Of a stretch of DNA of 64,000 nt, positions 1 to 9,036 are shown piece by piece (the first letter of the stretch is position 1; each line of letters begins with the position of its first letter). Source of the stretch: Myxococcota bacterium (GTDB lineage Bacteria > Myxococcota_A > Polyangia > Nannocystales > Nannocystaceae); the NCBI GenBank assembly GCA_039028615.1, contig JBCCHT010000049.1, positions 1 to 64,000 on the forward strand, in the 5' to 3' direction. Under the pieces are notes generated by a model. The model was given only the letters and a program-made list of their open reading frames with translations. It made no database searches and had not been told where the DNA came from. The position numbers and the translations under genes were made by a program.

Positions 1-180
1 AAGAAGACGGCGCAGCGGAAGACCGCGAAGAAGAAGGCGACCAAGAAGAAGGCCGCCGGCAAGAAGACGGCGCAGCGGAAGACCGCGAAGAAGAAGGCGA
101 CCAAGAAGAAGGCCGCCGGCAAGAAGACGGCGCAGCGGAAGACCGCGAAGAAGAAGGCCGCGGGCAAGAAGACGGCGCAG
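1..180 (+). repeat. 60-nt coding tandem repeat (KKTAQRKTAKKKATKKKAAG)
   Basis: 1-60 and 61-120 are identical; shortened variant copies follow. Confidence 0.9.
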
Positions 181-231
181 CGGAAGACCGCGAAGAAGAA
201 GGCCGTGAAGAAGAAAGCGAAGAAGCGCTAG
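1..231 (+). CDS. 3' end of a Lys/Ala-rich, histone H1-like (HC2/AlgP-type) tail protein, truncated by the window edge
   Basis: Frame 1 reads KKTAQRKTAKKKATKKKAAG repeatedly and ends KKKAKKR-TAG at 229-231. The identity of the N-terminal part is not visible. Confidence 0.75.
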   Translation, partial: KKTAQRKTAKKKATKKKAAGKKTAQRKTAKKKATKKKAAGKKTAQRKTAKKKAAGKKTAQRKTAKKKAVKKKAKKR

Positions 232-298
232 CGGCATTCGGGCGAGGACGTCCTCGCCGCTTCGATCTCGCCGGGTCCGCCCCGGCGACTCGACTCCG

Positions 299-327
299 AA
301 GCCTCGCCCCGTCACGGGCGGGGCTTT
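299..327 (+). terminator. Probable intrinsic terminator hairpin
   Basis: AAGCCTCGCCC / GGGCGGGGCTT stem (one G-U pair) with a short T-run, downstream of the Lys-rich gene. Two more hairpins lie at about 241-258 and 268-289. Confidence 0.5.
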
Positions 328-505
328 GTCGATCGTGGGAGGCCATCGGTCGATGCGCACTCGCCGGGCGGTCGGGCAGGGGTCGTGAGCACGGAAGTCC
401 GATGTTCTCGGAAGCCCGTTTTCGCCGTGATTGGCGTACGCCGAGGCCCCTCGGCATCGTTCGGACGAACCGGTTCCTGAGCCGGTTCGATAGACTCGCT
501 GCCCG

Positions 506-1798
506 ATGATCCGGCCGCCCAACGCTACGGACGTCCTCGATCTACTGGAAGTCGCGTATCGCCCGCACTCCGACGTCGGGCAGTGGCTGCGGTGCATCTC
601 GGAAGCCGTGCACGAGCGCTTCGACGTGGGCGGCGGCGTGCACGGGTACTTCTTCGATCTGGGTCACGGCTCCTACGCGGCTCGCGATCCCTTGTTGGTC
701 GGCTCCTCGCCGGAGTGGCAGCAGGCGTGGCGCGAGTCGTGGTGGAAGCCGTTCAGCTCCGCCCTCAATACGCGCGACGGACGTTGGCTTCACCAAACGG
801 GCGCGTGCTGGTTCACCTCGGAGGTCTGGGGCGAGCTGTGTGCCCGCAGTGAGACCTTCTCGGAGCGCGTGGAACAGGTCTGGGGCGACACCTACGCGGA
901 GGCGATCGATGCCGAGCCCGATCCGCCGAGCTCGGGCATCTATCCCGACTCGTTCAACCTGGTCGGCGTCGATGCGTCCCAGCGCGGCTTCGCCATGACC
1001 GTGAACATGCCGGCGATGAACGAGCAGGCGCTCACCCCCTCGCTCCATGCGGTGTGGGAGCGGGTGGTCGCGCACCTGATCGCGTCGCTGCGATTGCAGG
1101 CCCCTTCGGTGCAGGAGGCAATCTCGGCCTCGGATGCGATCTGTGACGCGCGAGGCCGCCTGCTCCATGCCACGGGAGGCACCGAGCTCGGCGAGCAGCG
1201 GGCCCTGGTGACCGAAGCGACGCGTCGGGTGGACACGGTTCGTTCGCGGCGCATGGACGTGGACACCAGCACCACGATGTGGCGAGCCATGACGGCGGGG
1301 CGCTGGACCATCAGTCCCACGACGGATACCGATGGCAAGCTGTTGTACCTGGCCCGGCCCAACGTGCCCGAGGCTCGGCACGAGCCGATCGGGCTGTCGG
1401 CGCGCGAGGCCCAGACCGCGACCCTGGTGGCGCACGGGCACTCGAACAAGCTCATCGCCTACGAGCTGGGCCTGAGTGAGTCCACGGTGGGCGCCCATCT
1501 CCGCAGCGCACGGGCCAAGCTCGGCGCCTCCTCTCGGCGTGCGCTCATCGAAATGCTGCGCAACCCGGCCGGCGAGGTGCCGACCGGGTCACGCATCTCG
1601 TTCGAGGGATTGACCCGGGCCCAGCGCGACGTACTGAAGCTCTGGTCGAGGGGCGCCAGCGTCGACGAGATTGCAGCCGCTCGCGGGTGCAGCCGACGGA
1701 CGGTCGACAAGCACATCGAGAACGCCTACCGAGCGCTGGGGGTGCACTCACGCGCCGAGCTGGTCGCCCGCCTCGAGCCCTCGACCCGAGGCGAGTGA
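506..1798 (+). CDS. LuxR-family transcriptional regulator with two tandem C-terminal HTH domains
   Basis: LSAREAQTATLVAHGHSNKLIAYELGLSESTVGAHLRSARAKLG and LTRAQRDVLKLWSRGASVDEIAAARGCSRRTVDKHIENAYRALGVHSR are both LuxR/GerE-type HTH patterns. Confidence 0.88.
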   Translation: MIRPPNATDVLDLLEVAYRPHSDVGQWLRCISEAVHERFDVGGGVHGYFFDLGHGSYAARDPLLVGSSPEWQQAWRESWWKPFSSALNTRDGRWLHQTGACWFTSEVWGELCARSETFSERVEQVWGDTYAEAIDAEPDPPSSGIYPDSFNLVGVDASQRGFAMTVNMPAMNEQALTPSLHAVWERVVAHLIASLRLQAPSVQEAISASDAICDARGRLLHATGGTELGEQRALVTEATRRVDTVRSRRMDVDTSTTMWRAMTAGRWTISPTTDTDGKLLYLARPNVPEARHEPIGLSAREAQTATLVAHGHSNKLIAYELGLSESTVGAHLRSARAKLGASSRRALIEMLRNPAGEVPTGSRISFEGLTRAQRDVLKLWSRGASVDEIAAARGCSRRTVDKHIENAYRALGVHSRAELVARLEPSTRGE

Positions 1799-1808
1799 AG
1801 TCCGGGGT

Positions 1809-2435
1809 TCAGATCGGGGCGATGACCGTGCGGTGGACGTAGTCCACCGATGCTCGATGGGCCGCGCAAGCGTTGGAGGCCACCACCGGGTCGGACCCGT
1901 TGATCACGATCTCGGTCATGACGCAGGTCATGCCATCGGTGAAGTACTGGAACTGCGAGACGAGCGCGCTCGTCTGCGGGACGAGGTGAGCGGTGACGAC
2001 ACAGTCGTTCTCGAAGACGAGCGCAGTGTCCTGGTGCAGCCGAGCGACCTCGAGCCAGTCCTGGGCGTCGGCCATCTCGGGGAGATCGGCACCATCTTCG
2101 AAGCGGTACCAGGTGTTGCCGTTGGCATCGGTCCATCCGCTCGCCTCCGAGGTGTACTCCCGCACGCTCAGCGAGCAGGTCGAGCCCTGCGTGGTGGAAG
2201 ACGCTACGACTCCGGGGGTGGGGTGAGTGCAGGCCATGGCGTCCACCAGGTTGCCGGGGTCGCCACACCCGTTGGGCGCGTTGATGTTGAACTCCCAGAC
2301 CTCGTGGATGTCTTGGGACGCGAAGTTGGTGAAGCCCTCGACGCCCACGTCTTCGGGGATTCCGTCGCGGCCATAGCAGCCGGGGAGCAGCGAGAGGGTG
2401 GTCGCACAAAGAGCGAGGATGGTGGTGGTCTTCAT
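1809..2435 (-). CDS. Hypothetical Cys-containing lipoprotein
   Basis: MKTTTILALCATTLSLLPGC signal peptide/lipobox; GC3-biased frame. Confidence 0.7.
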   Translation of the reverse strand: MKTTTILALCATTLSLLPGCYGRDGIPEDVGVEGFTNFASQDIHEVWEFNINAPNGCGDPGNLVDAMACTHPTPGVVASSTTQGSTCSLSVREYTSEASGWTDANGNTWYRFEDGADLPEMADAQDWLEVARLHQDTALVFENDCVVTAHLVPQTSALVSQFQYFTDGMTCVMTEIVINGSDPVVASNACAAHRASVDYVHRTVIAPI

Positions 2436-2621
2436 GTCTAGTTCCGAGCGCGGGCACGACGGGTCGACGCGGGAGCCGCGAGCCGACCGCCCACGGCACC
2501 CATGGCGCCGCCGGGTCGGACTCACGTCCGTCGCCGTCCGTGACCGATGGCGAAGATGTAGGCCAACCGGCCCAAAAGCTTCAATACGGACTTCGGTTAG
2601 CGAATTACGTACGTAGCCACA

Positions 2622-5057
2622 TCACCAGTCGAGTCGGACGCCGAGGCTGGGGAAGATGGGCAGGCCCACGAAGCCCGCCTGACGCCGGAAATCGGCGCTG
2701 TAGAGGGCGAGCTCGGGGTTCACTCGGTTGTAGACGTTCTGCACGTCGAAGTACGTCGTGACGCTGAGCTTGTCCCGGACCCAGCGCTTGTCGATGCGGA
2801 TGTCGAGCTGGTGCGAAAGCGGGAGTCGGGCGCCGTTGCGCTGCCCGAAGATCGGCTGGTGCCCGCCCGGCAGCGCCACCGAGCCCAGCACCGCGCTATA
2901 GGGCAGGCCGCTCACGAGCCGGAATCGTCCGCCGATGCGCCAGCGCTTGGGCAGGGCGTAGCTCGCGAGCGCGACCAGGTTGTGGCGCTGGTCGTAGTCG
3001 GAGGGGCGCCGGTCGTAGGGAAACCCGACGGGGGTCTGCAGGAACACCAGCTCGGCGAAGGTGAGGGTGTAGCCGATCCAACCGTAGAGCTTGTTGGTGA
3101 CGCGCCGCCGGACGAGGGCCTCGAGCCCGTAGGAGCGGCTGATGCTGTCGAAGGGGTTGAGGCCCCCGTTCGACAGCGGCGGCACGTTGTTGTTCTGGTT
3201 GCGGAAGAACGCGGTCAGCTCGGCCATGTCGCCCTCGCCGAAGCGGTAGCGGACCGAGGCGCTCGCCTGCAGGGCCTCGCGGGCGTTGAGCTGGGAGTCC
3301 TGGGGGGCGAAGGTGGCGGCGGGATCGAGGCTGCCGAAGGCGCTGGGCAAAAAGGCGCTCGCCCCCGCGATGCCCGTGCTCTGGTCGACCAGGTCGACGT
3401 CGTTGCGATCGGCGATGCTCCGCACCTGCGAGTAGCGACCCAGGCCGACATTGACCGCCCAGTGGTCGTTCGCGTCGATGGTGGCCACCGCTCGCGGATC
3501 GATCGCGAAGGCGCTACGAGGCCCGACGGTGAAGGCCGAAAACCGCGTGCCGGGGCGCAGCGTCAGGCGTCCCAGGCGGATCTCGGCGCTGGCGTAGAGC
3601 CCCAGCGAGGCCTGCAGCCCGCGGTCGGTCTCCTGGCGGAACTGAGGATCGGGCGAGACGAACGAGAACTCCGCCTGCTCGTCGACGGCCGAGAACCGAT
3701 CGAGTTCGAAGTCGGTGCCGACGGTCAGCTCGGCGCGGCGACCCACCGCGTGCATGACCTCGGCCCGGGCGGATCCGATGTAGTCGTTGCGCCGGCGCCG
3801 AAAGGTATCGGAGCCCGCGACGAGGCGGTTGAGCTCGTAGCGGAACGAGGGCGTCAGGCGGACCGTCCAGCCGTGGGCACGCTTGCGGTAGACCAGGTCG
3901 GCGCGGTGAAAGTCGGTGCGGAGCTCGAAGGTCGACGCTTGGGCCGCGAACGGGGAGGTGCGGGCTCGCAGCACGTCGCCGGAGCCGAACCCTCGGGCGC
4001 TCAGCCACGCCCCGCCCGGCAGCGGGTGATCGAAGAGCACCTGGTAGTCGAAGTAGCGCGGCAGCAAGACGCTCGAGGGCTCGCTCGTCACCCGCTCCGC
4101 CACCGCGGCCCCGGTCGCCAGCGCGATGTCGACGTAGCCCCGCTGACCGGCCACGATATAGGAACCCTTGCCCAGCGGGCCCTCGACCATGGCACTGGCC
4201 GCGCCGATGTCGACCTCGGCGAACCCGTGCACCCCGTCGCGTCGGCCTCGGCGCGGCTCCACCACCACGATGCCCGCGCTCGCATTGCCGAAGGCGGCGT
4301 CGAAGTTGCTGGGCACGTACTGGAGCTCGTCGAGGATGTCGGCCGGGAACACGCTGGCCAGCGACAGGATGTGGAAGGCCCGCGGCATGGCGTGCCCGCC
4401 CATGAACACCCGCGATTGGCCCGGGGCCGCGCCGCGAATGACGAGCACGCCGAGGCCCAGCGGGGGCCGGGTCACCCCGGGCAGGTTCTGCAGCGCCCGC
4501 AGGGGGTCGCCCTGGCTGCCGGGGAGGGTGGCGATCTCCTCTTTGGTGAGGCGGTGCTCGGTGACCTTGGCGCGACTGATCGGCCGGGCCGAGACCACGG
4601 TACGAAACGGCGAGTCCGCGAGCGGCGGCAGATAGAGCGGCACTCGGACGGTGGCGTTGGGCACCACCTGCACGATCTCTTCGCGGCGCTCGTGCCCCGG
4701 CGCCACGATGGCCACCCGAACCATCCCCGCGGGCAGGTCGTCGAAGCGAAATCCTCCGTCGGCTTCACTGCGCTGCGATCGGGCCCAGGCTGGCTTCGGC
4801 TCGCGCGCGGGCGCCTCGAAGGGCCCGGGCTCGGCCCCCTCGGGGGCGGGCAAGACCACCACCACGGCATCGGGCAGGGGCACGCGCTGACCCGCGATCA
4901 TGACCTCGCCGATGACCCGCCCGCACTCGCCCTTGCACTTCGACCCGGGCGCAGACGCGGGGGCGGCCGCACGCGCGTGCGAGCGAGGTGCCAGGCCCAG
5001 GGCCAGCACGGCCCCGAACAGGGCCCATCGAGCTCGCTTCGCGCCGGCCGTCGTCAC
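2622..5057 (-). CDS. TonB-dependent outer-membrane receptor with N-terminal carboxypeptidase-regulatory-like domain
   Basis: Signal peptide; DGGFRFDDLPAG domain; plug motifs LPGSQGDPLRALQNLPGV and LVIRGAAP; C-terminal FDVQNVYN...LGVRLDW ending in an aromatic residue. Confidence 0.88.
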   Translation of the reverse strand: MTTAGAKRARWALFGAVLALGLAPRSHARAAAPASAPGSKCKGECGRVIGEVMIAGQRVPLPDAVVVVLPAPEGAEPGPFEAPAREPKPAWARSQRSEADGGFRFDDLPAGMVRVAIVAPGHERREEIVQVVPNATVRVPLYLPPLADSPFRTVVSARPISRAKVTEHRLTKEEIATLPGSQGDPLRALQNLPGVTRPPLGLGVLVIRGAAPGQSRVFMGGHAMPRAFHILSLASVFPADILDELQYVPSNFDAAFGNASAGIVVVEPRRGRRDGVHGFAEVDIGAASAMVEGPLGKGSYIVAGQRGYVDIALATGAAVAERVTSEPSSVLLPRYFDYQVLFDHPLPGGAWLSARGFGSGDVLRARTSPFAAQASTFELRTDFHRADLVYRKRAHGWTVRLTPSFRYELNRLVAGSDTFRRRRNDYIGSARAEVMHAVGRRAELTVGTDFELDRFSAVDEQAEFSFVSPDPQFRQETDRGLQASLGLYASAEIRLGRLTLRPGTRFSAFTVGPRSAFAIDPRAVATIDANDHWAVNVGLGRYSQVRSIADRNDVDLVDQSTGIAGASAFLPSAFGSLDPAATFAPQDSQLNAREALQASASVRYRFGEGDMAELTAFFRNQNNNVPPLSNGGLNPFDSISRSYGLEALVRRRVTNKLYGWIGYTLTFAELVFLQTPVGFPYDRRPSDYDQRHNLVALASYALPKRWRIGGRFRLVSGLPYSAVLGSVALPGGHQPIFGQRNGARLPLSHQLDIRIDKRWVRDKLSVTTYFDVQNVYNRVNPELALYSADFRRQAGFVGLPIFPSLGVRLDW

Positions 5058-5063
5058 TCGTTC

Positions 5064-6098
5064 TCAGTCGACAATCTCGAAGTCGAGCCAGCCCCAGGCC
5101 TCGCCTCCGCGGCTATCCCGGAGCGCGACGTAGCCTCGAACCCGTTGCTCGATCCCGTTGGCGGTCCAGCGGGCGTTCAGCGACCCGGGCAGTTCGTCCT
5201 CGAGATCGATGTCCTCGTCGAACCACCACTCGGCGGACAGGTCGTCGCTGATGATGGCCAGCTCGCCGGAAAACTCCAGGGTGACCTCGAAGGAGTCGAG
5301 GTCCTCGTCGGTCGTGGCCACGTTGACGGTGACGAGCTGACCCTTGGGGACCTGGATGCTGTCGCCCTGCGCGACGGTGCGGATCTCCGAGCCGTAGCGC
5401 ACGATGAAGTCCTCGACCGCGGGGTTGCGGTTGCGGGGCTGCGCCAGCAGGGTCTCGGAGCCGAACTCGATGCCCGGGTCGTAGCCGAGGCTGTCGAGCA
5501 GATCGACCACCTCGCCCAAGGGCCCCAGGCCCAAGAAGCGCTCCATGAGCAGGCAGCCCTCGAGGCGCTCGCGGCCGTCGAAGCGGGCGATGCAGGCGTC
5601 CAGCCCGGGCCCGCCCGGGGGGCTGCCGATGAACGCGACGGTGGGCCCGGACAGCAGGTCGAAGATGCTCGCCTCGTCGGCGGGCAGGTCATCGGGGATG
5701 TCGCCCACCGTGAGCTCCGCCCGGCCGCCGTCGGCGAAGCGGCAGGACTCGACCGGCTGCACCCGCAGGTCTTCGCAGGGGGGGCGGTCGGCCAACGTGT
5801 CGCGGAGCAGACAGTTCCCTACGCTGGCGCAGATGAACCACGCCCCGTCGAGCTCGTCGAGGTCGACCCGCCCCTGCGCGTCGATGATCACCGGCTCGAG
5901 GCTCAAGCGATCGAGGGGCAAGGCATCGCGGTAGCTCCGGGGCCCGGGCACGATCGGCTCGCCGTAGGGGCCCTGTTCCTCCACCTCCACGAGCAGTGCG
6001 ATTTCGGTGGCGTCCCTAATGAGCCAAGGCGGGTCGAGCGGCGGTGAACAGGCCGTCAACCCCGCCAAGACCAAACCCAGGGGCCCTGCTCGAGTCAC
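5064..6098 (-). CDS. Hypothetical lipoprotein, co-transcribed upstream of the TonB-dependent receptor
   Basis: LVLAGLTAC lipobox; 6-nt gap to the receptor gene; acidic, Cys-containing sequence. Confidence 0.75.
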   Translation of the reverse strand: MTRAGPLGLVLAGLTACSPPLDPPWLIRDATEIALLVEVEEQGPYGEPIVPGPRSYRDALPLDRLSLEPVIIDAQGRVDLDELDGAWFICASVGNCLLRDTLADRPPCEDLRVQPVESCRFADGGRAELTVGDIPDDLPADEASIFDLLSGPTVAFIGSPPGGPGLDACIARFDGRERLEGCLLMERFLGLGPLGEVVDLLDSLGYDPGIEFGSETLLAQPRNRNPAVEDFIVRYGSEIRTVAQGDSIQVPKGQLVTVNVATTDEDLDSFEVTLEFSGELAIISDDLSAEWWFDEDIDLEDELPGSLNARWTANGIEQRVRGYVALRDSRGGEAWGWLDFEIVD

Positions 6099-6227
6099 TC
6101 CGCCAACTTAGCAGTCCTGGCTACGGGTCGCGCCCTCGTGGGTCGGCTCGGTCGTCGTCGGTGCCCTGCGGGGGCCGAAAATGCCGGGCGGGGGTGTAGC
6201 CGGGCGCGCTATCATTACGGTCGCTTC

Positions 6228-7274
<1,047 letters not shown>

Positions 7275-7287
7275 TAGCATCCCCGGC

Positions 7288-7830
7288 ATGCGCATCCTCA
7301 GCACCTCGCTGCTCGCTCTCTTGATGGCCACCACCGCCTGCGACTCGGGCAAAAAGGAAGGCCCCGACAAAGCCCAGGCCAAAGCGGCCGAGGACGAGGC
7401 GGCGGAGGCCAAGCGCATCGAGGAGCGACGCAAGGCCCGCGAGGCCAAGGCGGCCGCCAAGAAGAAGGCCGAAGAGGACAAGAAGAAGGCCATCGACGAG
7501 CTGTGTGTCATCCCCGAGGACGTCAAGAAGCCCAAGAAGCTCGCCGACGCCTGCGAGGCCACCTCCGAAGCTCAGGTCGCCTTCTTCAAGCGCCAGTACG
7601 CGGGCGAGCCCGACAAGCTCGCCAGCATCGAGTCCAAGGCCGAGATGCAAAAGCAGAACCTGATGCGCATGTGCACCTCCATGGACATCGCGCTGGGCCT
7701 CAAGAACGCCTTCGACAAGGCGCCCGAAGGCATGGGCCCCGAGCTGAACGAGATCATCGCGACCTGCATGCGCAAGCTCGGCACCGCACCCAAGGGTGGC
7801 GCCGCCGTACCCGCCAAGCGCCCCGGCTGA
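7288..7830 (+). CDS. Hypothetical Lys/Ala/Glu-rich lipoprotein
   Basis: MRILSTSLLALLMATTAC lipobox; charged helical body with four Cys. Confidence 0.75.
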   Translation: MRILSTSLLALLMATTACDSGKKEGPDKAQAKAAEDEAAEAKRIEERRKAREAKAAAKKKAEEDKKKAIDELCVIPEDVKKPKKLADACEATSEAQVAFFKRQYAGEPDKLASIESKAEMQKQNLMRMCTSMDIALGLKNAFDKAPEGMGPELNEIIATCMRKLGTAPKGGAAVPAKRPG

Positions 7831-7880
7831 TCCCCGCTCGCCGAACACCACGCCGGTCACCCAATGATCGGTGAGCACTG

Positions 7881-7909
7881 CAAAGGCCGCATCGAAGGTG
7901 CGGCCTTTG
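7881..7909. terminator. Hairpin between convergent genes, probable bidirectional terminator
   Basis: CAAAGGCCGCA / TGCGGCCTTTG perfect 11-bp inverted repeat. Confidence 0.6.
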
Positions 7910-7911
7910 GT

Positions 7912-8208
7912 TCATCGTCGTTTCGATAGTCGAGCGGGGCTCATGGCTTGGTGAAACACGGCGAGCACCACGACCCGCTCGCCCTCGTCGACGAAGAACA
8001 CCGAATACGGGAAGGTCCGGACGACGGCGCGGCGGATGGTGTCCTCGACCACCGCATAGGCCCGCGGCTGTTGCTGGATCAGCAGCAGCGTGCGATCGAC
8101 CGCGTCGACGAATCGCCCGCCGAGGCCGGGCTCTTTGCTCTCGTACCAACGCCGAGCATCGTCGATGTCGTCGAATGCGGGCGCTCTGAGGACGAGAGCC
8201 GGGCTCAC
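7912..8208 (-). CDS. Type II toxin, RelE/ParE family
   Basis: AFDDIDDARRWYESKEPGLGGRF...RRAVVRTFPYSVFF...VVVLAVFHQAMSP pattern; overlaps the antitoxin stop by 4 nt. Confidence 0.88.
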   Translation of the reverse strand: MSPALVLRAPAFDDIDDARRWYESKEPGLGGRFVDAVDRTLLLIQQQPRAYAVVEDTIRRAVVRTFPYSVFFVDEGERVVVLAVFHQAMSPARLSKRR

Positions 8209-8417
8209 TTACCCGAGAGCCTTCGCCTCGCTTCGTCCCAGCCGATCACTGCGGTCGGGCTCGCCCGATGGTCCTGCAGGCGCTGGCGAAGTTCGGCTCG
8301 TTGTACATCCGAGATCGGAAGCTCGAAGCCGTCGTCGATGAGCGAGTCCCACAGCGTCTCGATGAGATCGAGTCGCTCGCCGGGCGCCAGCGCCAGTGCC
8401 TGCTCGGTCACGGTCAC
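8205..8417 (-). CDS. Addiction-module antitoxin (TIGR02574 / 'unstable antitoxin' type)
   Basis: ALALAPGERLDLIETLWDSL...QRAELRQRL...WDEARRRL pattern, directly upstream of the ParE-like toxin. Confidence 0.85.
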   Translation of the reverse strand: MTVTEQALALAPGERLDLIETLWDSLIDDGFELPISDVQRAELRQRLQDHRASPTAVIGWDEARRRLSGK

Positions 8418-8596
8418 GTCACTCAGTATGACCCACCTCGAGCGGGGGAGAGGGGAAATTCGCGCATGGGGGCGGTGGGAGCGGTGCCGGTCGTGGAGGG
8501 AGGCGGACCGCTGGGGTTCGCCTCTCGACCGGTGGGGGTGAAGATTCGTCGGGGATTGTCAGTCGGTGCGGAGGTCTTGCTAGGCTGACGGCCACC

Positions 8597-9013
8597 GTGG
8601 CGAAGCTCGGCAGCATCTTTACGGAGTCCCCGAAGGGGGGGCCGCGCGCGAAGGGTCCCGATCTTCGGGTCGAGGCGACGCTGACGCGCTCGCAGCTGCG
8701 GAGCTCGGCGATCGAGGTGACGGTGCCCGATCGCGTGCCGCACGATGGCGGCACGGTGCCGCGGCGCCGTGGCCCCGACGATCCGCCCGGCGCGGTGCGC
8801 TTGCACCTGTCGCCGCAGCTGCAAGACGGGGCCACGCTGCGCCTGCGCGGCCAGGGCGGGGAGCACCCGGACTCGGGCACCCCCGGCGATCTGCTGCTCA
8901 CCTTGACGGTGGTCGAGGGCGGAGCGAGCCGGGGGTGGATGTTCGTTCTGTTGCTGGGGGCGGTGGCCGCCGCAGCCGCGTGGGGGACCCACGGCCAACT
9001 GTGGGGCCAGTAG
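8597..9013 (+). CDS. DnaJ C-terminal-domain-like protein with C-terminal TM helix and no J domain
   Basis: KGPDLRVEATLT...QDGATLRLRGQGG...PGDLLLTLTV resembles DnaJ_C; followed by WMFVLLLGAVAAAAAW. Confidence 0.65.
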   Translation: MAKLGSIFTESPKGGPRAKGPDLRVEATLTRSQLRSSAIEVTVPDRVPHDGGTVPRRRGPDDPPGAVRLHLSPQLQDGATLRLRGQGGEHPDSGTPGDLLLTLTVVEGGASRGWMFVLLLGAVAAAAAWGTHGQLWGQ

Positions 9014-9036
9014 GTCCCGGGCAGCGACGCGCGCGC

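Noticed and set aside
1..180. 60-nt repeats as CRISPR or a non-coding satellite
   Set aside because: They translate as an uninterrupted Lys/Ala-rich frame ending in a stop, with no spacers.
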